Origin: Nanobdellota archaeon
GTDB lineage: Archaea; Nanobdellota; Nanobdellia; Woesearchaeales; JAGLGH01
Direction of reading: 5' to 3'
Length of the DNA stretch: 32,591 nucleotides
NCBI GenBank assembly: GCA_034723595.1
Contig: JAYEPB010000100.1
Location: forward strand, 1 to 32,591
The translations under genes and the position numbers were made by a program. Shown in pieces: positions 7,072-15,446 of the stretch; within the stretch, counting starts at the first letter, position 1; each line of letters opens with the position of its first letter. The notes under the pieces were generated by a model. It made no database searches and was not told where the DNA came from. It was given only the letters and a program-made list of their open reading frames with translations.

Positions 7072-8147
7072 GATTTATATAGCGCATTTTCATTCTCCGC
7101 ACTAATTAGATCTGCTGGTGTTAAAATCCAACTTGAGATCTGCCCAGATTCTGTATAGCCTAACTTTACGTAAGGGATATTTGTGTTCAGCGCTTCCAGA
7201 TGCCCCATTGCATGAGTATATGGGTCCTGGCATCCAGCGTCACCGTGGGTCTGAGAATCTTCCTTCAACCCCTTAACTTTTTCAAAATATATTGTGTTCA
7301 CAAGCTTAAATGTGTTGAATGCCCTTTGCATATTGCAGTTATATGTTTCAGGATCATCTGCAAATATCGCCCCGAATGCAGAAGCCTCTCCTATATATGC
7401 AGACTCGCTTACGCCAGAAATCTCTTTGAATCCACCCATCTTTTTAACATAAAATGTTAATTTACCTACTCCATTAAGATCTGAAATGCCATTAGCATCA
7501 ATTTTAACAGCAGTGAAATCTTTATTCTTAAGCCCTCCAAAAAGACTTTCAATATCAGCATCTTTGGGATTATCACCAAAAAATATAAACCTGACCTTAT
7601 AATGATTCTGGTCTTTGATTTCGTTTATCTTACTAAAATCCACAAGTTCCTTGCTGAAAAAAGCCTTGACTTCTCCTTTATCCATTATTGTTCTGTTCGG
7701 AAGAGCGTTATATACATACTCTGCAACTCCTGCAGTGTCTCTGACAAATATGTACTTGATAAATGGGCTTGTGATATATAAGAAATGAGTCACCCTGAAA
7801 GGCATATACCAATCGCGTGTCCAGCTTATTATAACTGGACCTTTTACAAGTGACGGCGCAAAACTGGTTTTTGCCCTTATAGCATCTGCCCTGCCTATGA
7901 TATAACCATCACAGTCATAGATTATGTCAATATTGGGAATATTTATCCTTGATGCAGTATCTCTGGCTGCGCTTGTTCCTGTAAGCACAGCGCCAAGGTT
8001 TATCCTGATTGAAGCAGATATCTGATCCTCAGCAATATGCTTCTGCTTATTTACGATGCTTAAGAAGAACCCAAGGATGATCATGCCAGCTATAAGGATA
8101 AAGATCCAGTTGAACTGTATCTCAATTGATCCTCTTTTTTTTATCAT
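7053..8147 (-). CDS. Pilin-like protein (class III signal peptide), 364 aa
   Basis: MIKKRGSIEIQFNWIFILIAGMIILGFFLSIV... is followed by a large extracellular domain. Its first 15 codons are duplicated 160 bp upstream. Confidence 0.75.
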   Translation of the reverse strand: MIKKRGSIEIQFNWIFILIAGMIILGFFLSIVNKQKHIAEDQISASIRINLGAVLTGTSAARDTASRINIPNIDIIYDCDGYIIGRADAIRAKTSFAPSLVKGPVIISWTRDWYMPFRVTHFLYITSPFIKYIFVRDTAGVAEYVYNALPNRTIMDKGEVKAFFSKELVDFSKINEIKDQNHYKVRFIFFGDNPKDADIESLFGGLKNKDFTAVKIDANGISDLNGVGKLTFYVKKMGGFKEISGVSESAYIGEASAFGAIFADDPETYNCNMQRAFNTFKLVNTIYFEKVKGLKEDSQTHGDAGCQDPYTHAMGHLEALNTNIPYVKLGYTESGQISSWILTPADLISAENENALYKSCPAIY

Positions 8148-8151
8148 TTTA
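8103..8151. repeat. 49-bp direct repeat, copy 1 (contains the real start of the 7053..8147 gene)
   Basis: gatccagttgaactgtatctcaattgatcctcttttttttatcatttta is identical at 8103-8151 and 8263-8311. Confidence 0.9.
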
Positions 8152-8262
8152 ATCTTGTTTATTCCTGTTTATTCAGTTTATTCATTTTAATTTTCGAAGT
8201 GGGTTGCGAATGCAGTGAGTAACCCGCTGTTTTTCCTAGGGTTTTAGCGGAGCTAAAAGGCT
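8152..8262 (-). other. 111-bp insert between the direct repeats, with GC-rich hairpins, a BRE/TATA-like box and three GAATAAAC repeats
   Basis: A perfect hairpin ttttagc-gga-gctaaaa lies at 8242-8258 and a gggtt...aaccc stem at about 8201-8225. Read on the minus strand, 8184-8198 is ttcgaaaattaaaat (BRE/TATA-like), ~41 nt upstream of ATG 8147. GTTTATTC occurs three times in 8156-8183. The GC-rich part stands out from the surrounding AT-rich DNA. Confidence 0.5.
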
Positions 8263-8307
8263 GATCCAGTTGAACTGTATCTCAATTGATCCTCTTTTTT
8301 TTATCAT
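8236..8307 (-). pseudogene. Truncated duplicate of the 5' end of the 7053..8147 pilin-like gene (23 codons, then TAG)
   Basis: The minus strand from ATG 8307 reads MIKKRGSIEIQFNWI (identical to the real gene), then SLLAPLKP and a stop at 8236-8238. Confidence 0.6.
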
Positions 8308-8311
8308 TTTA
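8263..8311. repeat. 49-bp direct repeat, copy 2
   Basis: Identical to 8103-8151. Confidence 0.9.
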
Positions 8312-8328
8312 TTTCTTTCAGAAATTTT

Positions 8329-8859
8329 TTACCAGGCACTTATCTCTGCGTATTCTCCTGTGCCCTCAAGCCGCAATACTGTTTCTGGGATTGCCACATC
8401 TACACAGAAGAATCCATTCCTGACTTGAAGTAATCCTATATTATAGCCATCTGCAGAAACACCTTTCATGAGGAACATGTTTTCGCCGGTGCAGTCTTTC
8501 CATGCATCATATATTAATGGATATTCTGAGTGGATGTTTTCTATGCGATATAAATCGGAACTAGTGATTTGAGAAAAACTTATGCATTTGTTTTGGGTAT
8601 CAACAAAACATACTTTATCAAACCTTGCAGGAATTTTAAGCGGCAGCTTTTTAACAGAGCCATATTGCGATTCTATCTTTCCCACTTGTGCCTTTATCTC
8701 GTTTGTCAGCTGCGTTATTATGAGATCCTCTGACTGATCGCCAAACATCTTGACCGCCTTATACCCATAAAGCAGGACAGCAGAGAATATTATCAATGCC
8801 AGTATATAGATGAAAACTTGCCCTGTTATTTGCGCTTTTTTGCATTTAATTTTAATCAC
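8329..8859 (-). CDS. Pilin-like protein (class III signal peptide), ~176 aa
   Basis: With the GTG at 8859 the N-terminus is (M)IKIKCKKAQITGQVFIYILALIIFSAVLLYGY. GGAG lies 5 nt upstream, and the start overlaps the giant gene's stop as GTGATTAA (translational coupling). The track start at 8907 is also GTG and would give an atypically long 25-aa leader. Confidence 0.65.
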   Translation of the reverse strand: MIKIKCKKAQITGQVFIYILALIIFSAVLLYGYKAVKMFGDQSEDLIITQLTNEIKAQVGKIESQYGSVKKLPLKIPARFDKVCFVDTQNKCISFSQITSSDLYRIENIHSEYPLIYDAWKDCTGENMFLMKGVSADGYNIGLLQVRNGFFCVDVAIPETVLRLEGTGEYAEISAW

Positions 8860-11800
8860 TTCTTCTCCTGCGAGATATCTTTTTAAGATCAGCCATAGTA
8901 TCTTCACCTTTCTTCTTTTTCACCTTAGCTGCATTATCTTTTTTAATTTCTTTTTTTGATATCTCCTCCAGCTTTTCAAATACCTCCTCTTTTTCTGGCT
9001 TTTTCTTTTCACCATTTTTCTCTTCTTTGCCAAGCGTAATCCATTCTTCATCAATTTTCTTTTTTGCAAGTTCAGGTTTGACAATATCTCTTAACTTTGA
9101 TATCTCTTCTGGTCTTTTAGCTATAATTTCTCTTTTCTTTCTTTCAATTTCTGATTTTTGTCTTGCTTCTTCTCTTCTTTTTCGCGCCAGTAGCTCACGT
9201 TTAGCAGGTACCTTGACATAAGGCTTTCGCTGAACAGGTCTTGGCTGCATCTTTTTTCCAGGAAATCCTGACTTTAGCTTGCTTAATACTTTTGTATCTA
9301 TAAATTGTTTTGTCTTTGCTCTCAGGTCTTTGAATATTTCTGGATTTTGCATATACCCATAATATCCTCCTCCAAGAATGGCGAGGATTATAATCAGAAG
9401 CAACAGGTATATCCATGTATGGGATTTTGGCATATCTTCAGGGTCTGTTGGATCAGTTCCTTTCTTAATCTCCACACCATCATCCCATCCATCTCCGTCA
9501 GTATCTGCACCCAATGGGTCTGTGCCATATCTCTCTTCTTCGCTATTGGTTAAGCCATCCTTATCCCAGTCTTCATCACCATCATTTATACCATTGCCAT
9601 CTGTATCCGGATTATTTGAATCCAGATCATATTCCCATTCCCATTCGTTTGACACTCCATCATTATCATCATCTTCTTTCCTGTCTGGAATGCCATCATT
9701 ATCATCATCATTATCAATAGAATCTGGTATCCCATCATTGTCATCATCATCATCTTCATCATTAGGTATGCCGTCGCCATCTATGTCATCATCAAGATGG
9801 TTTTCTATGCCGTCATTATCAAGGTCATTGTCTTCATCCACATCGTCAGAGTCTTTTATCCCGTCATTGTCATCATCATCATCTTCACCAGTGCATTCAC
9901 CTATAGCATTCAATGGGCTGTCTGCAGTATCGCACAGACTGTCATTATCATCATCAGGGTCTTCCCAGTTCTTAAGCCCATCCCCATCAATGTCATTATC
10001 CTGCTCATTAGGTATACCGTCACAGTCAAGGTCGTTCTGGGCGCATGCTGTGCATATGGAATCCTTGCATAGCAGCCCAGCATAACAATCACTATCTTCT
10101 ATGCAGTTCATATCCTGGCTGCATCTTTCAGGACATATATCTCCTCCACAGTCTATATCAGTCTCATGATTAATTAAAGTAAGATGATTATCTTCGCATG
10201 TATCTTTTTCTTTACATAATCCATATCTGCAGTTACCTGATTCACAATCGCTGTCTTTTTCGCAGCCGCTATCTAATGGGCATTTCTCGCATTCTCCACC
10301 GCAGTCAATTCCTGTCTCATTTCCATTCTTTATGCTATCATTACAAGATGATTCTGTGCATGTGCCATTTTGGCAGAATCCACTTGCGCAATGGCTATTA
10401 TCTGTGCATTTTGCTCCAATCTCGCATGTGCCTGTGTCCGAGCAAGTCCTGTCAAGGCAATCAGGATCAGCAGGATTAGTACAATCCTTATCGCATATGC
10501 CATCAGAATATGGATGGCAGCAGTCGCCTTCGCTTGATGTGCATATTCCGCAATCAGGATCTTCTCCTGTTAAGCAGTCACTATCGCATACTTCATCTGC
10601 ATCGCGATTACAGCATGCATCCCTTATATTAGTGCAATCTTCTGTTCTTATGCAGCTTTCTGTGTTAATGGTGCACTCGCTGCATTCAAGATATCCTCCG
10701 CCAAAGTAAGATGAACCATATCCTATGCAAGTATTAGATGTTAAGTTCTTGAAAAGATCTCCGTCACATTCTTCATTACCATCTACCAGTCCATTTCCAC
10801 AGGTGTTTAAATTGACGCATGATGATGTATCCAGGCTGCACTCATCACACTCTAGCTTTCCGCTTTCAAAATATAGTGGAGAATATCCTGGACAGCTATC
10901 ACTTGGAAGACCTGCGAAATAATCTCCATCACATGTTTCTCCCTGATCAATAATACTGTTGCCGCATTGAGGCGGAGCGATGCATGCCCCTGTATTCAGT
11001 TGGCAAGAATCGCAGGAAAGCTCGCCGTCAATAAAACCTTTAAGATCAGTACAGCTTTGCACTGCTCCAAAAGTATTGCCATCGCATGTTTCTCCTGAAT
11101 TAAGTATGCTGTCTCCGCAGATTCCAGAAACCCCCTCACATCCAGATGTGTCAAGATGGCAGCTTGTGCATATTATTTTTCCTCCAGTAAATATATTGTC
11201 ATAATCATGGCAATCATCTGGCACTGATCCCAGGTCGTTTCCATCGCATTCTTCACCAGGATCCAGTATCCCATTGCCGCATGAATCTATTGGGAAGCAT
11301 CCTGAAGTATCAATCATGCAATTATCAAGGCATCTGATTGTGCCTCCACTAAAATCAGGAATAGCCTTGCAATCACTGATTGCCCCATACACAGGTCCGT
11401 TCTTATCACATTGTTCTCCAGAATCAATGATTCCGTTTCCGCATCCAGGATGGCTGTCGCATCTTGATTTGTCCAGTTCACTGCAATCACTGCTGCATCG
11501 AAGTTCCCCTCCAAGGAATGTGCTGAAATCTGTGCATTCATCAATAATTCCAAATACAGGGCCATAAGTATCGCACAGTTCCCCTGGGTCAATGAATCCA
11601 TCTCCGCATCTTGGAGTCTGCTTGCAGAATACAGTCACACCATCTGTTGATTCAGTCTGGCTTTCTAGCCCAACCCTGTTGAGAGCCAGTACTTCAAAAT
11701 AATATGTAATTCCTACAGATAAATTAAGTCCTGTTATCCAATTCCATTCACTTCCATTCTCAGGATTTGATCCCCAGGTAGTATTTTCTGGTTGTGTGAT

Positions 11801-14800
11801 ATTATCTCCATTTTCATCAAAGATAGTATAGCTGTAATATCCTATATCAGATTCTGCGTCTTCTCCAAGCCATTTTACCCTTAGCTTGTCTGTGTCGCAG
11901 CTGAATTCTGGAAATTCATGGGTGGTTGAATCATTAGCATAAAGCATTTCTGGCGGAGTATTATCAGAGAATATTGTAATATTCGCATCCAGTGGTTTGC
12001 CAGAACTATCTACACACATAAAGTAAAGAACATTTGCTCCAGAGACAAGACCTTTAGCATTTCCCTGATGGACTCTCTCCAAACCATTATCATACCCATC
12101 AGAATTAACAAAGCTTGTAATCGTCTCCTCACTTAGACCCCAGAAGCATGATGCCTTCTTGTTTGTAACGAGATTCAGTTGTATCTCATTAGTCTGTGTT
12201 ATTATTTCCTGATAGGATAGATCAATAAAGAACTCTGTTTTTATATCAACTGAAAAGTCTATCTGCGCAACCTCTGATTTCCTTTCTGCCTTATCCATGC
12301 ATGCAACATAATACGAATAACTTGCTTTGTCAGATGATTCAATGTGAATCTCTTTTGTTTTTAATGCATTGAAATCATTTTCTTCTATTGGCTCATCAAA
12401 TGGAAATTGGAAATTATCATAAACCCCAGCTACCTCGCTATATCTGCATACAACATCTTCATTTGCTAATATTCTCAGGGTTGTATTCCTGTCCGCATCA
12501 ATTATAAGATTAGGGTCTGCTATAGCTTCTTCTATTATTGGCTCTTCTGTATCTACTCTTATCTTGAATTCTTTATAAGTTGCATCATAATGACCATCAT
12601 AACATTTCACATAGAATGAATATTCACTGTCATCTCCCTGATCGATTTCACCGAAATTGTTCCAGATATGGTTTATTCTCCCAGTTGTGGAAAACAGCAC
12701 ATAATAGCTGTCAAGTATTGTGGTGAGGTGGTTCTTATTGAAGAAATACTTGCATTCAGCATCATTATCTGTACTAATCTCTATGTCAAAGACATATTCC
12801 TGGTGAACCCCCCATGTTGGATTGACCATGACAATGTCCATGGTTTTGATTGCATTGCGGATGAACATAGAAGCATTTACTGCTTTGTTTGTAGCATAAT
12901 CCTCAGCCTCTATCTTAAGATCATGTGTGCCATCATTGACTGCAATAGTTCTGCTTTTCAATGTTTTATTCTGATTAGAAGCAGAGAAGTTCGATGCATA
13001 TTCAATATCATTTATCCTAAATTGCGATAATACGACCTTCTCATTATAATCTGCCTGAAAATTAATATATGATGTTGAGTATATTTCTTCATTATATGCC
13101 GGATTTAATGATTCCAGCACAGGAGGAACTGTATCAATTGTAAAAGGGATATAATATGCCTCATCCATTGCTAAATTATTATTTCCAATTGCGTCAATTA
13201 CAAGGAAATATGCATCACTGTCTGAAAAAGAGCCAGCAAAAGTAAATTCCACAGTATTTTGACCAATCCATTCATGGGTTGAACCAAACTGCTGGTTGAA
13301 CATGTCAGAGTCCACTTCCATATATATCTCTGCCCTGGTTATTCTTTGCGGCTTGACGATAAAAGTAACATTGATTTTTGCATTTGGACTATTAGAATAT
13401 AACTTATCTTCTATCTTCCTGCCTGGCTTTATGCCGTATTCTGCTATACACGGACCACTTGCATTTTCAGATGCATTGAATTTGATTGTCTGGATTGCAG
13501 CCTTGTTATTTGAAGGGTCTCTTGCATAATATTTAATCGTATTTTCGCCTTGATTTAATGTATATAGCACTGTTGTGCCTTCTGTAAAATTTAAGTTATG
13601 AATATTCAATTCTTCTTCAATGATGGAAATAAAATCATCTTCTGTGCTGCAGTGCCCGTCATTATCTAAGCATATGTAAAATCTATAGCAGCCGCCGTAG
13701 TTATCGCACTCTTCTGCATAATCTGCTACTGTCCTTTCAGTTCCAAAGCTGTGAGTCTTGTCTAATATCTTTATTTTAAGTATTTGTGGAAGGTTCTTCA
13801 CTATATTAGCAGGGATTATTGAAACATTTGGCGCAAAATAATCTTTCTGGCATGCTTTAAAATCCTCATCATAAGCTAAATCTCCTTGCGCCAAGTTTCT
13901 AGCGATATGATAGCAGTCCATCCATTCACCCAGGGTATTATAATTTTCATCAGCATCTTTGAAGCAAGTTCCTCCTGGGGCATACCATCTGCATACACTT
14001 GGATTGCATGGCTTGGCTGCGCTTTCACATGACACCTGATCTATGAAATCAAGGCATATTACTGAAGGGCAATACATCGCGCTAGTCCCGTCAAAAAAGC
14101 AACCATAATCAGAAGTTGACAATGCCTCTGCTTTTTCTTCTGTGCACATGTCATACACTTTGTTATATGCTTCTTTATTAGTCGCTCTATTTGTGCCATC
14201 CACAGAACAATATGGGCAATTTGGGAGGTATAAGTTTTTGCATACACCTATGCCTAATTCTGGGATAGTATCAACCCAATCACACACACCAAAGCCACAG
14301 TTGTCTGTCATGCAGGCTTCTTTGCTCTTATAATCATAACAATCCATGCTCATATCACAGCTATAGCATTTATCTATGGATGTTTGCGATTTATCAAGGA
14401 AGCAGAATTTTCTTTCAGAATATGACCCCAGACATAAGCTTTTATCTTTTTCAAAATACAGCCCATAGGGTCCTGCATCTTCACTTTCGCAGTTTCCCCT
14501 TAATGCGCACCCCACCAAACCGTTTGCGCCCACTACGCAAGAACACTCTGCATTGCCCCCAAAGGCAGCATCACAATCATCGCTGCCTCCAACCTGGTTG
14601 CAGTTCTTTTCTTCATGGAGAATATTATTCCCATCACAGTAGAATCCTCTATTCATCTTTGTTGAGAATAAGGCATCAACACTCTCAAAAAATGCTGTAT
14701 CATCTTCACCAGCAAATCCTGCTTCAGATACTAGGAAATCCTTATATCTATAATAAGTATATTCCTGCACGCAGAATTGGCTTTCATCATATTTCCCCCA

Positions 14801-15406
14801 GCATTCAAGATTGCCAAGCTGCGCATCTGCCTCTGTTTCAAACTCTGTGCTTTGCGCAGCATAATAGCCAGTTATAGTGTATGTATATTCACTATCCCAG
14901 TTTGCATCAATATCTTTAAAATAATTCTTAGTTGTTGTGACAAGTTCAATCTCCCCATCACAGCTTCCATAACTTGTATCAATGCATTTTCTTTCGACAA
15001 TATAATATTCAGCTTCGCATGGAGAAGTCCAGAGAAGATTAACTACTTTCTCTCCTTTTTCATAAGATATATCAAGTTCAATAGGCACTTCAAAATCTGC
15101 ATCACTGCATCCAAGATCCTCCAGTGGTGGCTGTTCCTCTTCTGCTTCACATTTAGTATTGCATGCATTACTAACCTCTTCTGGGAGAATTGTAGGCACA
15201 CCAAGATCATCAATCTGGTAAAATATACCTGTATCGCAGTCTGATTCAGGCATGATTGATCCACCGCCTTCAATCCCAATGTAACAGCAGCACACAGATG
15301 CTTCATCAACTCCTATTATACTCACAGAAAAGATTATTATGATAGTTGCCGCAAGAATGGAGATGGCTATTTGCCTTTTCCATGCATATTTCCTTGTTTT
15401 ATTCAT
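8852..15406 (-). CDS. Giant (2184 aa) cysteine-rich mosaic surface protein / putative adhesin with type I membrane topology
   Basis: The N-terminal signal/anchor reads KRQIAISILAATIIIIFSVSIIG. FN3-like segments and repeated Ig-like modules are delimited by D(T/N)xPPxx motifs. It contains six CGxGxxDxGExCD repeats, two CCxxxxDxxCDxDCxxxxDPDC motifs and GxDCGGxC motifs, plus a long acidic DxDxDG repeat tract. A TM helix WIYLLLLIIILAILGGGYYGYM (about 9350-9415) precedes a 165-aa K/E/R-rich tail (8855-9349). Confidence 0.85.
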   Translation of the reverse strand: MNKTRKYAWKRQIAISILAATIIIIFSVSIIGVDEASVCCCYIGIEGGGSIMPESDCDTGIFYQIDDLGVPTILPEEVSNACNTKCEAEEEQPPLEDLGCSDADFEVPIELDISYEKGEKVVNLLWTSPCEAEYYIVERKCIDTSYGSCDGEIELVTTTKNYFKDIDANWDSEYTYTITGYYAAQSTEFETEADAQLGNLECWGKYDESQFCVQEYTYYRYKDFLVSEAGFAGEDDTAFFESVDALFSTKMNRGFYCDGNNILHEEKNCNQVGGSDDCDAAFGGNAECSCVVGANGLVGCALRGNCESEDAGPYGLYFEKDKSLCLGSYSERKFCFLDKSQTSIDKCYSCDMSMDCYDYKSKEACMTDNCGFGVCDWVDTIPELGIGVCKNLYLPNCPYCSVDGTNRATNKEAYNKVYDMCTEEKAEALSTSDYGCFFDGTSAMYCPSVICLDFIDQVSCESAAKPCNPSVCRWYAPGGTCFKDADENYNTLGEWMDCYHIARNLAQGDLAYDEDFKACQKDYFAPNVSIIPANIVKNLPQILKIKILDKTHSFGTERTVADYAEECDNYGGCYRFYICLDNDGHCSTEDDFISIIEEELNIHNLNFTEGTTVLYTLNQGENTIKYYARDPSNNKAAIQTIKFNASENASGPCIAEYGIKPGRKIEDKLYSNSPNAKINVTFIVKPQRITRAEIYMEVDSDMFNQQFGSTHEWIGQNTVEFTFAGSFSDSDAYFLVIDAIGNNNLAMDEAYYIPFTIDTVPPVLESLNPAYNEEIYSTSYINFQADYNEKVVLSQFRINDIEYASNFSASNQNKTLKSRTIAVNDGTHDLKIEAEDYATNKAVNASMFIRNAIKTMDIVMVNPTWGVHQEYVFDIEISTDNDAECKYFFNKNHLTTILDSYYVLFSTTGRINHIWNNFGEIDQGDDSEYSFYVKCYDGHYDATYKEFKIRVDTEEPIIEEAIADPNLIIDADRNTTLRILANEDVVCRYSEVAGVYDNFQFPFDEPIEENDFNALKTKEIHIESSDKASYSYYVACMDKAERKSEVAQIDFSVDIKTEFFIDLSYQEIITQTNEIQLNLVTNKKASCFWGLSEETITSFVNSDGYDNGLERVHQGNAKGLVSGANVLYFMCVDSSGKPLDANITIFSDNTPPEMLYANDSTTHEFPEFSCDTDKLRVKWLGEDAESDIGYYSYTIFDENGDNITQPENTTWGSNPENGSEWNWITGLNLSVGITYYFEVLALNRVGLESQTESTDGVTVFCKQTPRCGDGFIDPGELCDTYGPVFGIIDECTDFSTFLGGELRCSSDCSELDKSRCDSHPGCGNGIIDSGEQCDKNGPVYGAISDCKAIPDFSGGTIRCLDNCMIDTSGCFPIDSCGNGILDPGEECDGNDLGSVPDDCHDYDNIFTGGKIICTSCHLDTSGCEGVSGICGDSILNSGETCDGNTFGAVQSCTDLKGFIDGELSCDSCQLNTGACIAPPQCGNSIIDQGETCDGDYFAGLPSDSCPGYSPLYFESGKLECDECSLDTSSCVNLNTCGNGLVDGNEECDGDLFKNLTSNTCIGYGSSYFGGGYLECSECTINTESCIRTEDCTNIRDACCNRDADEVCDSDCLTGEDPDCGICTSSEGDCCHPYSDGICDKDCTNPADPDCLDRTCSDTGTCEIGAKCTDNSHCASGFCQNGTCTESSCNDSIKNGNETGIDCGGECEKCPLDSGCEKDSDCESGNCRYGLCKEKDTCEDNHLTLINHETDIDCGGDICPERCSQDMNCIEDSDCYAGLLCKDSICTACAQNDLDCDGIPNEQDNDIDGDGLKNWEDPDDDNDSLCDTADSPLNAIGECTGEDDDDDNDGIKDSDDVDEDNDLDNDGIENHLDDDIDGDGIPNDEDDDDDNDGIPDSIDNDDDNDGIPDRKEDDDNDGVSNEWEWEYDLDSNNPDTDGNGINDGDEDWDKDGLTNSEEERYGTDPLGADTDGDGWDDGVEIKKGTDPTDPEDMPKSHTWIYLLLLIIILAILGGGYYGYMQNPEIFKDLRAKTKQFIDTKVLSKLKSGFPGKKMQPRPVQRKPYVKVPAKRELLARKRREEARQKSEIERKKREIIAKRPEEISKLRDIVKPELAKKKIDEEWITLGKEEKNGEKKKPEKEEVFEKLEEISKKEIKKDNAAKVKKKKGEDTMADLKKISRRRRSD
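9416..10048 (-). repeat. Coding repeat tract: thrombospondin type 3-like acidic Ca-binding repeats (DxDxDGxxDxxD), ~210 aa
   Basis: DNDIDGDGL, DDDNDGIKD, DLDNDGIEN, DIDGDGIPN, DDDNDGIPD (twice), DDDNDGVSN, DTDGNGIND, DTDGDGWDD. At the DNA level the tract is a run of GAT/GAC-rich codons, which creates spurious Ser/His-rich antisense ORFs. Confidence 0.75.
10652..11608 (-). repeat. Six tandem ~50-aa cysteine-rich modules (CG[DN][GS]-x3-4-GE-x-CD ... C-x2-C ... C), Myxococcus-type Cys-rich repeat-like
   Basis: CGDGFIDPGELCD.., CGNGIIDSGEQCD.., CGNGILDPGEECD.., CGDSILNSGETCD.., CGNSIIDQGETCD.., CGNGLVDGNEECD.. Each is followed by ...G(G/E)x(L/I)xCxxCxLDTSxC. Coordinates were derived by counting residues back from the stop. 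Confidence 0.75.
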
Positions 15407-15446
15407 TTTTTAGTTCCTGTTTAATTATTTTTTGTCAAATATTTCG

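Noticed and set aside
8156-8183. GTTTATTC x3 tandem motif considered as a CRISPR remnant or other array
   Set aside because: Units of 8 bp with 1-2 bp spacers are far too short for CRISPR. There are no cas genes and no further repeats. It is more likely part of the AT-rich leader or promoter of the insert.
8190-8262. GC-rich segment (and the similar-looking one at 29565-29640) considered as a tRNA or tRNA fragment
   Set aside because: I could not build a cloverleaf. There is no 7-bp acceptor stem with matching ends, no GTTCRAATC-like T-loop and no plausible anticodon arm. C/D-box motifs (RUGAUGA/CUGA) are also not convincingly present.
8860-8907. Longer N-terminal extension of the 8329 gene, and the similar TTG/GTG track starts at 901, 3927, 4789, 21185, 25371 and 28337
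   Set aside because: The listed starts are non-ATG codons at the maximal ORF extent. Downstream ATG or GTG codons fit the TATA/SD spacing, give leaders like the paralogs, and remove long overlaps. The exact starts remain uncertain without experimental or comparative data.
9027-11601. Many antisense or off-frame ORFs inside the giant gene (e.g. 9378..10085 +, a 235-aa Ser-rich ORF; 9514..9720 +; 9586..9780 -; 9797..10072 +; 10332..10709 +; 11274..11567 +)
   Set aside because: They lie entirely within the 2184-aa ORF and have extreme low-complexity composition (Ser/His/Met runs). That composition is the mirror image of the GAT/GAC/TGC-rich codons of the acidic and Cys-rich repeats. None has a promoter or RBS of its own.
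12668-15309. Plus-strand ORFs 12668..13030, 13296..13529, 14142..14333, 14380..14877 and 14777..15244, and the off-frame minus ORFs 14059..14247 and 15043..15309
   Set aside because: They are shadow ORFs within the giant CDS. The sequences are hydrophobic or low-complexity with no recognisable motifs. The long sense ORF has coherent domain structure throughout.
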